Assembly (NCBI GenBank): GCA_965644315.1
Contig: CBFFRQ010000051.1
Span: forward strand, 66,341 to 130,340
Length of the DNA stretch: 64,000 nucleotides
DNA from: Caecitellus pseudoparvulus
Lineage: Eukaryota; Protista; Bigyra: Bicosoecida
Reading direction: 5' to 3'
In this document: piece by piece, positions 35,020 to 45,235 of the stretch
Layout: each line of letters opens with the position of its first letter
Position numbering within the stretch: the first letter of the stretch is position 1
Program-made: the position numbers and the translations under genes
Notes under the pieces: generated by a model
What the model saw: the letters and a program-made list of their open reading frames with translations, nothing else
Told to the model about the DNA's origin: nothing
The model's database searches: none

Positions 35020-36693
35020 TCACAGCTTCGCAGCGGCCAGGGATGGGTGCAGGCCCAGCACTCCTCCTGCCGCCTCATTTGCGGCGCGAATGCCGCTGCG
35101 CATAGCCCCATGCACTGTCAGAGGGGAATCCTCCTCGACATTTCCCCCCGACGTCGCCTCTCCGGCAAACAGCACCCTGCCGTCAGCGTGCGGTGCTGCC
35201 AGCAACGCCCGCGCACCAGCCGCTTCCTGCAGCGTGGGGCAAGTGTAAGCACCACCAATCCAGGGCGTGTCTGCCCAGGAAAAGACGCTGCCGCCACGAA
35301 ACGCCTTGGAGAAGTCTGCCGCCCGTGCGCATGGATGCTGCCCGAACATGCGCGTGAGCTGGGAGAGAAACGCCGCTACCACCACTTGAGGCGGCTGGGC
35401 TGTGAGCGCGTCCGCTTGAGGGCCCATGGCGAAGCCGATGCAGAACCAGGGAGCTGGAGCGACTGTGGTGTCGCTTGGCGGTGTGCCGGTGCCGGAAGCG
35501 GGTGGGGAGGCGGGGCTGGTGGTTGCTTTGCCAGCTTGCAGCGCGGAAGCCAAACCGGCCAGGCCCTGTGCGTGAGGGGGCACCATGGGCGGCTGCACGG
35601 CCAAGCCCACACCCTGCGTGCAGTTCATCCACATTTCCGGGATGGCCTCGCCTGCCGCCACCGCCCCCATGCAGTCAGCTGGCCAGGGGCGCCACGCGAA
35701 ACGCAGCGCCACCTTGACTCCGTTGCGCAATGCAATGGACCGCAGCGCATGCTCACGCAGCGGCGACAGGGGCGGGCTCAACGTCAGTTTCTTCTGCAGC
35801 AGCACGGGCGGCGTGCAGGTGACGATGACTGCCTTGGCACGAATGCTGTGCTGGGCAGCACTGCCATCCAACTCGGCTGCCCGGTGCACTGCAGCAGGCC
35901 CCATTGCCACACGGAGGGTGACAGGGAATGCGGCGTGGCTGTCCTGGGCCGAAACAGACACATGTGTCACTGCGCAGTGCGTGCGGGCCTGCAGGCCCAG
36001 GGACAGCCAGGACACGAGGTGGGCGAAGGTGCCTGCCATGCGGAAATCGGCCTCCTCCCCGTCCTTCTCCCACGCCGCTTCGAACTCCGCCACACGGTGC
36101 ACGCTCAGCTCCTCCAGGCGCCCCCCTGCAGTGTTTGCGTACCCTGCTGCAGCCATGTCCAGGGCGTCGCCGCCGATGCCCTCTGCGTGCAAGTAGGCCG
36201 CGAAACTTGCGGGGTGATGTGGGCTGCTGGGCGCCTCCGATTTCCGCACGCCGCTCGCCTCCGCCACTTCCCCCAGGACCTCGTGCAGGTGCACCATGTC
36301 GTCTGACAGCTCATCGAAACGCATGAGTTCTCCCCTGCGTTGGACCCAGTAGTACCCCGCCCCGCCGCACGGCGCCTCCTCCTCGCTCGGCCCGCCATCG
36401 CCCTGGCTCCACGTGAACAGTTGCCGCAAGTGGTGCCCTGCTGCCTGCGCCAGGGCGGTGATTTCGTTCGCGAAGCCGTGTACGAACTCTGCCCCCACAT
36501 CCAGCGGCGCGCCCTGCAAAAACTCCCAGTCCTGCCGCAGACGCCCCCCGAGCCGGTCCCCAGCCTCCAGCACCAGCACGCTGCTGGGCGCCAGACCGTG
36601 GTGCCGCACCAGGCGCTGGGCGGCGCTCAGGCCCGCTGCACCGCCCCCAATCACCACCACATCAACACATGCAGGCAGGGCGGCGCCGTCCAT
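35020..36693 (-). CDS. Flavin-containing amine oxidase (MAO/PAO/LSD1-like family)
   Basis: Motifs VVVIGGGAAGLSAA, LEAGDRLGGR, GAEFVHG, W..GGAY and LFAGEAT..TVHGAMRSGIRAA. Confidence 0.9.
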   Translation of the reverse strand: MDGAALPACVDVVVIGGGAAGLSAAQRLVRHHGLAPSSVLVLEAGDRLGGRLRQDWEFLQGAPLDVGAEFVHGFANEITALAQAAGHHLRQLFTWSQGDGGPSEEEAPCGGAGYYWVQRRGELMRFDELSDDMVHLHEVLGEVAEASGVRKSEAPSSPHHPASFAAYLHAEGIGGDALDMAAAGYANTAGGRLEELSVHRVAEFEAAWEKDGEEADFRMAGTFAHLVSWLSLGLQARTHCAVTHVSVSAQDSHAAFPVTLRVAMGPAAVHRAAELDGSAAQHSIRAKAVIVTCTPPVLLQKKLTLSPPLSPLREHALRSIALRNGVKVALRFAWRPWPADCMGAVAAGEAIPEMWMNCTQGVGLAVQPPMVPPHAQGLAGLASALQAGKATTSPASPPASGTGTPPSDTTVAPAPWFCIGFAMGPQADALTAQPPQVVVAAFLSQLTRMFGQHPCARAADFSKAFRGGSVFSWADTPWIGGAYTCPTLQEAAGARALLAAPHADGRVLFAGEATSGGNVEEDSPLTVHGAMRSGIRAANEAAGGVLGLHPSLAAAKL

Positions 36694-37114
36694 GTCTCAC
36701 GTGCGCTGGCTCGGGGGTGTGCGAGGTGCCAGCCTGGGCAGGGATCAACACAGGCGAAAGAGGAAAGGGCACACAGCAGTGTGGGGGACGGATTATGGGC
36801 ACGGTGCGCCTCCATCGGCCGGTTGCGGTGTTTGAATGTGAGGGTGAAGTGTAAATTGCCGCCTGCGCCGCAATGCCACTTCTCTCGCGGCACGGCACTT
36901 CATCGCACAACCAGGACGCACTACGCACGCCAGATCACAACACAAAATCACCAACAATCTTTCCCAAGGAAATCCAACCCTTCTCCCCTCATCGCTTCTC
37001 TGCTGCCGCAACTCTTGGCGCGCGACAAGCTCTGGCTTTCGCTGCGGAAATCGGTTCCAGACTCCTCTCTGGCTGACCCAGCACACACGCCGCCACTGCA
37101 CCGTCCGAAGCACC

Positions 37115-38795
37115 ATGGCTGACGGAGGTCTCGCATGCACCCGCATCCTGGCAGGCGCCGGGCGCGGCGGGCCCCTGCCCAAGGACCACGAGGAAGTGGT
37201 GCGTGGCGCTGCACGTCGCAGTGCGACACCTGCGCCACGCCACACACCCCCGCTCACCCCCCCCGTGCCCCGCAGCAAGCTGCCCTGCGCCGAGTGCGCA
37301 GCGACATGGCCACACGCGGCATGGGGAGCCTGGGCAACCTGGGCCGCGCCTTCAAGCGCACCGACTGGAACGGCAACAAGAAGCTGGACCGTGACGAGTT
37401 CGACGACGCACTGCGCTCCGTGGGCGTGTTCCTGAAGTCCCAGGAGCTCTCAGCAGTTTTCCGTGCATTTGACATGGACGGCTCTGGCGCGGTGCGTGGG
37501 CGGGGCAGGCGCCGGCGCTGCCTGCGCTGTGCCGTTTCGCGTCGCGTGCAACTTCGCACGGACACCTTCCACGCTCCCCGCGTGCGCCCAGGTGAACTAC
37601 GACGAGTTCCTGCGGGGCATGAAGGGGCCCATGAACGAGCGGCGCATGGCCATGACCAAGCGCTGTTTCGACTACATGGACAAGGATGGCAGCGGGCAGC
37701 TGACCATCGAGGTGCGCCTGGCGCCTGCACGCTGCGCTCTGCGCCGGGTCTGCTTGCAACCCCCGCCCGGCCTTCGCCCTGCACAGGACCTGAAGCAGTA
37801 CTACACGCCCTCCGCCACCGCCATTGAGAAGTGGCTGAACAAGCAGCTCCTCAGCGGCGTGTCCCCCCGCACACCCATGGCGCACTCCAAGACGCCCCCC
37901 GCCTCGCCCGACCACTTCCTGTCCACTTCCCAGGTCGCCCATGGCCCCAGCAGTGCGCGCGTGGGCGGCCAGGCGGCAGTGGACGCTGTGGGCGACGTCC
38001 CCACTACATCGGGCCCCCCTGGCGATGGGGGTGCTCACACCAGCTCCACGGTGCGCTGGGCCAGCGACACGGGGGCGGCGTCCGCTCAGCTGGGCAGCAC
38101 GAAGGCTGTGCAAAGCCAGGCGGAGGCAGAGCGTGCGGCGGCGAAGGAAGCCTTGACGATGGAGTTCCTGAACAGCTTCGAGGGGGCGCGGGGGGACGGC
38201 AACGGCATCGTGACGTGGGAGGAGTGGGTGGACGAGCACGCCGACCTGTCCGCCTCCATCCCCGACGACGACCTGTTCATCGGCATCATGGAGAGCGCCT
38301 TCATGATCACGGAGGACCCGGATGGCGCCGTGCAATCTGACATCGCGCAGGTGGAGCGCCGCCTGAAGCGCAAGTTGGAGGAGAAACGCCAAGGGTGCGT
38401 GGGCGCGACCAGCTCGGCGCCAAGTCGCCCTGTGCGACACAAGACACCCGCCCTGCCCCACTGCGCAGGTCTGAGGACGCCTCTCACACATGCGTGCGCC
38501 TGATGAAGTACTACGACGTGGACCACAGTGGCTACATCACCGCTACGGAGTTCCGCAAGGCGCTGGCAGACCTGGGCATTTCTGTGGAACGGCGCCTGGT
38601 GGGCGGTGCGTGCGCGCGTGGCACGGCAACCAAGCACCCACGCCCCGCATGCCACACACACTCACCCCCACCACAGAGATGTTCCGCAAGTACGACGCAG
38701 ACTCCAGCGGCGGGCTGGACTACTTGGAGTTGGGGCACAAGCTGTTCGCGTACGACCCCGCCGATGGCTACGTCACCACCGCCTCTGCCATGTAA
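37115..38795 (+). CDS. Calcyphosin-like EF-hand calcium-binding protein; about 6 exons
   Basis: Spliced reading gives RGMGSLGNLGRAFKRTDWNGNKKLDRDEF, DMDGSGAVNYDEFLRGMKGPMNERR, DKDGSGQLTIEDL, DGNGIVTWEEW..SASIPDDDLF, plus two further EF-hands. Confidence 0.88.
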
Positions 38796-38865
38796 CGCAC
38801 GAGCCTGCCGCCGCACCAATGCATGCATTGCCAGGCAAACACCCTGCTGCTGCACGTGAGCCGCC

Positions 38866-41262
38866 TCAGCGGTCCTCTGGCACCTCCGCCGCGATGCGTT
38901 TCAGCTCCGCACACACCGTGTCAGCTGACGGGCGGCAGGCGGGGTCGGCGTGCCAGCAGCTCTCCAGCAGCGCCGCGAGGTGGGGCGGCAGGTCGGGCGG
39001 GATGTGGGGCCGCGCCCCCTTCACCGTCACCTCCCTCAGCACCACCTGCGTGGGCAGGTCTGCGAAGGGGCGGGAGGCAGTAGCCACCTCCCACAACACG
39101 ATGCCCAGGGAGTAGATGTCCACCGCCAAGCCGTACGGCGTGCCCTGCAGCACCTCCGGCGCCACCCACGCAACGGTGCCGATGTCTTGCTCTGCGTCGG
39201 GTGCCAGGGCGGCTGTGGCGGTGCCTGCAGGGGGCAGGGCAGGTGCTCTGCTGCCAGGCCTGGGCTGCAGCCGCGGGCCAGTCGGCAACGCGGTGGCCTG
39301 TCCGAAGTCCGCCAGCAACACGCGGCCGTCCGTCTGCACGAGGAAGTTGGGTGATTTTATGTCCCGGTGCACGATGGGGGCGGGTGTGCGGGTGTGGAGG
39401 TGCCGCACAGCCCGTGCCGCATCCAGCCCCATGCGCAGGCGGTCACGCAGGGAGGTGGACGGGCCCTGGTTGTGCAGGAAGTCCCACAGGCTGCCTTGCT
39501 GCGCCACGGCAAACACCATGTCGATGTAGGGGGGCCGCATGCACATGCCGTGGTACTTGATGATGCGACTGTGGCGCAGAGCGCTGAGGAGGACGTTCTC
39601 GGAATGGTACTTGGCGAAGGTGCTTTCGCCGAAGCTGTCAGGCAGCACACGCTTCACAGCCACCTCCCGCCCTCGCCAGCGGCCCCGGTACACCCGACTG
39701 TTGGCGCCACGCCCCAGCTCCTGCCGCGTCAGCACTGCCAGGTCGTGAGGGGGAATGAGGAGGTGGGGGGCGACTGCAGCACTGCTCCCGCTCACTTCCG
39801 CACCCCCACCCGCGACAGCACCCAGGTGCGGCGACGCCGCCTCACCCGCCGAACTGCCCTGGGACTCCTGGCGAGGGCGCGGTGCAGCCTGCACCACTGT
39901 CTCCTTACCCTGTGCCAACAGCGGCACTGCCAACCCCGCACTGCCATACCCCGCACCTTCACCCCGGACACCTGCTGCTGCCGCCGCGTCACGCTGGCCT
40001 GCCCCCCCCGCGCCAGTGGACACGGCGGCGGCGTCCACTTTGAGCGTGTCCAAGAAGTGCAGCGCGTACGAGGCTCGCCTCAGGCGGCGCCGGCCATGCT
40101 GCAGCAGCTGGTGTCCACTGCCTGTGCGGCGCAGGTGCTGGCTGCCAGGGGAAGGGGGGGGTGCCGGGAGGGGCACGCCGCTGCCGCCGCCCACCCCGAC
40201 CTCGCCACGCATGTCCAGGCTGGTGGAGCGGTGACGGTCCCGGAAGGCAGCCGTGCGGGGGGGGGGTGCAGCGGGGGAGGGGGGGATGGACCCCCCTAGA
40301 GCTGCCGAGGGGAGGGGTGCGCCAATCGCCCAGTCTTCGCCGAGGCCTGCGCCGCGGGCTGACCGCTCCGTAATACGCAGCACCTGGCGCTGCGTCATGA
40401 CAGACTTGAGCGTGGCGAGCCAGTGGCGGGAGTCAGACGCGAGGGCGACGTAGAGGACAAGGGGGGTGCCGCCTGCACGCACGACCTTGAGTATGGCCCC
40501 CACCAGTGACTCGGAGATGCCTGCTGCGATGGAGGCAGCTGACAGGCTGCGCCAGAAGAGGTTGAAGGCGGCATACGTGATGCTGGCAGAGCGAGTGGCG
40601 TGGGCGTGTTGGCAGGCGGGGCGCAGGAGCAGGTAGCCGTGCAGAGCACAGGGCAGGAGGAAGAAGGTGCAGTCCAGGGCAGTGTGCAGGCGCTGGGACC
40701 AGTTCATGAGGTCGTAGTTGAAGGCGATGGTGGTCATGACGGCGAGGGCCAGCGCCAGCAACGCAGCGTACTTGACGGCTGACCCGATGGCGTGCCCAGA
40801 CGGAGTGGGGAAGACGAAGAACAACGCGACGCCTTCCACGAGGAACTCGAAGAGAAACCAGTACAGAAAGTACAGCGCCGAGTTTTGCAGCCAGTGTGAC
40901 TCGTGCACGAGGAGCTGCGCAGTGATGGCGCCGTCAGTCTCCACTGCCTCTGCCGTCGAGTCAACAGCGCCCGAGTACCAGCCAGGTGGAGTGGGGAAGG
41001 GCCCCGGCACCGCCAGCAGGCACGTGCGGGTGGTGAAGATGGCAAACGCCAGCCACATGATGGGCTCGTACAGCGGCAGGATGAGGAGGGCCGTGTTGCG
41101 CCGGTGCCGGCCAGGTGCAGCTGTGCCAGTCGGGCGAGCTGCGTTGGCCAGGGCGCTCTGTCGGACACGGAGGGCGAGGAGGAGGGAGATGCAGCTGGAC
41201 ATGATGCCTATGGACACTTCCAGGAGGAAGGACAGGTCAAAGTCCAGGCTCATGTCAATCAT
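38866..41262 (-). CDS. Seven-transmembrane domain fused to a TKL protein kinase
   Basis: About seven hydrophobic segments ending in DSRHW, then kinase motifs LGRGANSRVY, VAVK, HRDIKSPN, DFG, GTVAWVAPE and DIYSLGIVLWE. Confidence 0.88.
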   Translation of the reverse strand: MIDMSLDFDLSFLLEVSIGIMSSCISLLLALRVRQSALANAARPTGTAAPGRHRRNTALLILPLYEPIMWLAFAIFTTRTCLLAVPGPFPTPPGWYSGAVDSTAEAVETDGAITAQLLVHESHWLQNSALYFLYWFLFEFLVEGVALFFVFPTPSGHAIGSAVKYAALLALALAVMTTIAFNYDLMNWSQRLHTALDCTFFLLPCALHGYLLLRPACQHAHATRSASITYAAFNLFWRSLSAASIAAGISESLVGAILKVVRAGGTPLVLYVALASDSRHWLATLKSVMTQRQVLRITERSARGAGLGEDWAIGAPLPSAALGGSIPPSPAAPPPRTAAFRDRHRSTSLDMRGEVGVGGGSGVPLPAPPPSPGSQHLRRTGSGHQLLQHGRRRLRRASYALHFLDTLKVDAAAVSTGAGGAGQRDAAAAAGVRGEGAGYGSAGLAVPLLAQGKETVVQAAPRPRQESQGSSAGEAASPHLGAVAGGGAEVSGSSAAVAPHLLIPPHDLAVLTRQELGRGANSRVYRGRWRGREVAVKRVLPDSFGESTFAKYHSENVLLSALRHSRIIKYHGMCMRPPYIDMVFAVAQQGSLWDFLHNQGPSTSLRDRLRMGLDAARAVRHLHTRTPAPIVHRDIKSPNFLVQTDGRVLLADFGQATALPTGPRLQPRPGSRAPALPPAGTATAALAPDAEQDIGTVAWVAPEVLQGTPYGLAVDIYSLGIVLWEVATASRPFADLPTQVVLREVTVKGARPHIPPDLPPHLAALLESCWHADPACRPSADTVCAELKRIAAEVPEDR

Positions 41263-41577
41263 GGCGGGCACGGGCGGGGTGTGTGTGCCGGGTGTGGCAT
41301 CGAATTCCGCTCGCAACGCCAGCGCACGAGTCCGGGAGCAGTGCCCCCGCGCCCCCGCGAGACGGCGCCTGGGTTGGCGGCAACGTACTGTGCCTGTTGT
41401 GGTTTGGCCGCCTCAGTTGAACTGCGGGGGCGGTGCGGCCATGGCAAGCGGTCAAGTGCCGTGGTGAAGTGCGCCAGGGTGATGTAGGGGCACTGCACTT
41501 CATTTGCCACCCCCATCCGCGGAGGCCGCTGACTGACGCGTTGTCGCACAGCCCGCGCTGCACGGCCAGCAGGGGGC

Positions 41578-43881
41578 ATGCTTGCACCCTACCCAGCGCT
41601 GCCACGAGACCAACATCCGCAGCTGCGCCGCCTGCGTGCCCCGCGCCGCCTTCTTCCATCGGGCGCCGTGCAAGGGGCAGCCTTGCAGCTCCAAGCCCCG
41701 CTGTCGCACGGTACAGCACGTGCTGGTGTGGCCCGTCTCACCAAGCCACCGGCAGGGTGGCGAGGCTGTCTCGTGCTACAGCTGTTCTGGGTCCTTGGAA
41801 GCACCTCGCGCCTCGCGACCCGCGGAAGAACCCGCCAGGCTGCCGCACAGCGGGCAGTCTGGAGCGTCTGTCTGCTGCACTGCACCATCCCCCCGACACC
41901 TCCGAAGCAGCCACCAGCCCTGCAAAAAGCGCCCCACAGCACAAACCAAAACGTGCCCTTTTCCTGCTCCGGGACTGTCTCTGTGCAATGCGCCACCCCA
42001 CTCCGCCCTCCTCTCTCGCGTAGCGCTGCCAGAGCAGGCGGCGGCAGCGCGTTGGCAGCTGATCACGCTTGGCCTTCCGCCAGCAGCGCGTGGCGGCAGG
42101 ACACCCTGAGCCAGGCGCAAGCATGGCCAGCACAGCACAGCCCGCATACAACGGGCCTGCCCACGAACACTCCCAGCCCACCAATGCCTTGAACAGCTTC
42201 CTGTCCATGCTGCGCCGGTGTGACACGTCTTGGCACGTGCTGCCCTGTGCACGGGGCGAGGCGGCGGCGGTGTCCATGCCAGTGCTCGTTGCGACTGCGC
42301 GCAACGCAGAAGTTGCGCGGGAACTGTCCAGGTGTTGCTCCACCCAATCCTTTGCGTCTGTGAAGAACGCCTGCACGCGCCTGCTGAGGCACGCTCGCAC
42401 TCGGCTGCCGAAGGCGCTCTCACCTCGACGACTTTCAGGGGACAAAGACCAAGGGTGAGCGTGCCGGGAGTCGTGTGCTGCCTGGCGTCAGCCCTGCAGC
42501 CATGCTGAACCTGTCTCGTGCACGGCCCACACGCGCCGCTCGCGCGCTGGCGCAGGATGAAAATGCTGCTGAAAGTGCGCCTGATTGGCCCGGCAGGCGG
42601 CGCCCCGCGTTACGAGCGCGCCAACCCCAGCGGCGTGCAGGACAGCGGCGTCCTGCCAGCCATCGTCTTGCCCATGTTCGGTGCGTTGCCGCGTGCTGAC
42701 GGGGCGAGGCCGCCGCCCAGCCCCGGCAGGGCCCGGGAGACGCCCCGGGGTGCCTGGGCGTTTCTTGGACACCCCCTGCCGAGGCCTCTGTCCAAGGCGG
42801 CACTTCACTGCTGCCCGCCCCGCCGCGCAGGCATGCCCTTCTGCGCCTTGCAGCGCAACAAGCACACGCGGCGGAAAGACGCCGCACTGAGGCAGGACGA
42901 GGAGATCTTCGCCCTCGTGCGCTGGCTGCGTGGCTTGCTGGAGCTCTCCGTTGCCGAGCTTCCGACGGTGGTGGGCGGGCACGAGGCTCCCTGGTGCCAA
43001 CGCACGCTCGCCTGCCTCGCCAGCATGCGAGCCTCGGTTGGTAAGGCCAGGGACTGCGTGTCGGGGCATGAAGACCTCTTCCTCATGTCCGAGCTGTGGC
43101 TACAGAACCTCGTCGGTGCGTGCGCAGCCCTGCCCGGAACCGCTCCCGCAACGCTGCCAGCGGCCACCAAAACAGAAGCTGCTGCTCCGAAAGCCTGCCC
43201 CGGTCACCCCCCGCGCGTCTGTCCTGTGCAGACCACGGCTTCCTCCTGCAACACGCGGATGACGCCCTGACCGCCCGCCAACCAGCCCTGCCGCAGCAAA
43301 GCAGCCTGCAAATGCTCGCTGCTCAAACGCTGCAGCAGCAGCGGCAGCAAGTCACGGCTTACCACCCAGGCATGCACCCTGGACAAGCCATGCCGCTGCC
43401 CTACCACGGACTGGGCATGCCTGCCGCGCCCTGGCGCCAGACTGCCTTCAACCCGACAGCCATGTACCCTGCACAGGCCCCGCATGGGCAGGCAGCGCCC
43501 GTGGCTAGTCACCCGCCAACCCATGCCGCCGGCGCACCTGGGCAGGTCAGCGCCTGGCAACCCCCCCCACTCGCCGCGCCGCGCCCCTTCACGGCCACCG
43601 GCAGCAGCTTGCACGACACGGAGATTTCTGACCTAGTCACCACCTGGCATGGCCCTGCCGGCTCCGCTGCCTCCAATGCGCTGTCCAAGGCGCTGGCATG
43701 TGTCGCCCCGCCAGCGGCGCCGTCGTCGGCAAGCACCTCCGGCACAGAGCTCAAACAGGCCCCCCTGGGCAAGGTGCCGCCCATCGCCGCCTTTGAGGGT
43801 GCTCCTGGCGGTGCTACTGCGGGTAGCAAGGTGGTCACGCCCCCCATCGGCGCGCAGGCGGTGACCTTCTTCGGCGAGTGA
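41578..43881 (+). CDS. Hypothetical multi-exon protein with a Q/P-rich C-terminus; 5' end uncertain
   Basis: Successive plus-strand segments linked by GT..AG introns (for example near 42455-42556 and 43116-43231) end at TGA 43881. No family recognised. Confidence 0.4.
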
Positions 43882-44462
43882 ACCGCCTTACACCCAACCG
43901 CGGCACCTGCCGCGCCGGCACATGCCGCCCAACCCTGCCGCCTTCCCCGGCCACCGCCACTCCCTGGCGCACACTTGTGCTTAATTCTCGTGTATTTCAA
44001 TCACTAGCACACCTCAATGCATCACTTTGGGGCAGAGGCGCCCTTCCAAAGCTCCGCGCAAAGCTTGCGGATAAATTCGACTCTGCGTCTCAGCCACGCG
44101 CTCGCAGTGGGGCGACAGCGTGCTGTGACGAAGAAGACACTACGCCAAGCACCTGACGTGGCACTCGTTGCCCTGGCCGTGCCGCGAACAGGGGGCGAGC
44201 CTGCCATTGCAGAGGGCGGCTGGAAGAGCGAAACGCGCCAAGGGCACGCCCAAGGCCCACCACACAAACACGGCACAGACACATGCAACCGCTTCGCAGC
44301 CACTGACCAGCACATGAAGCACCCCCCATGCCCCCCTCTCACGCCCTGCTCGTGCGGAGTGGAGACGCAGCAGCTTGCCCCCGGACCTGAACGCCTGAAC
44401 GCAGCTGACAGTGGGACCCGCCCGGCAAGTCCGCACAGAGTCCGCACGCAGACCTGGCGACA

Positions 44463-45044
44463 CTAGAAGCAGCAGTCGCAGTCAAAGGGGCAGAGGTCTG
44501 TGCCGCCGCCCTTGCCCACTTTGAGGGCGTCCAGGGAGTAAATGTTCATGCCCAACTCCGCGTCGAAACGCAGGGGTGTGGGGGAGTCATCCCCCCGCAG
44601 ACGGTTGGCAGCCGCGCCCGCCTCAGACAGGCGCTTCACACGCGCTGCAATGGCTGCTGCCTCGGCCTCGGCGGCCACGGCGGCTGCTTCGGCGGCTGCC
44701 TCGGCCTCCGCACGCTTGGATTTGGCTGAGGCAAACATCTCGTTGATGTCCAGGCCGCCGCCCTTGCCGCTGCCCTTACGCTTAGCCTTGCCCCCGCTCG
44801 GCGCAGACTTTTCTGCGGACGTGGGAGGGGCGGCGCGTGCAGCGGCATGGCCCCGTGCACAGGGACTGGCTCCCGGCAGCTCGGGGGAAGAGTGTGTCAA
44901 TTTCCGCAGGCACGCACCCTCGCGTCGCCGCTTGGTGCCCCTGTCACTTGGGGACTGTGCAGACTTGGACGCCTTCTTCGCCTTCTTCTTCTTTGCCTTC
45001 TTGTCCTTCACTCTGCGGGCCTGAGCCTCCCCAGCGTCGGCCAT
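44463..45044 (-). CDS. DUF1764 domain protein; 2 exons
   Basis: Lys-rich N-terminus, DINEMFAS, and the C-terminal signature IYSLDALKVGKGGGTDLCPFDCDCCF. Confidence 0.85.
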   Translation of the reverse strand: MADAGEAQARRVKDKKAKKKKAKKASKSAQSPSDRGTKRRREGACLRKLTHSSPELPGASPCARGHAAARAAPPTSAEKSAPSGGKAKRKGSGKGGGLDINEMFASAKSKRAEAEAAAEAAAVAAEAEAAAIAARVKRLSEAGAAANRLRGDDSPTPLRFDAELGMNIYSLDALKVGKGGGTDLCPFDCDCCF

Positions 45045-45235
45045 GGCCTTCTTGACGGTCGCCGCCTGGAACGAGCCAGCTGTGTCGCCCAGCAGTGCGC
45101 ACTGCAGCAACTCGACTTCTGCGGCACAATTCAAAGCAGCAGCAGCGCGACTCGCTCGGCACGACATCGCAGGGAGCGGCATTGCAAAGTGCTGCGCCAG
45201 CGCAAGTGTGTCGTCGGCTGGCTGAGCCTGCTCTC

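Noticed and set aside
41259-41579. Upstream ORF whose stop overlaps the 7TM-kinase ATG
   Set aside because: No recognisable conserved peptide, and such ORFs are common at this GC content.
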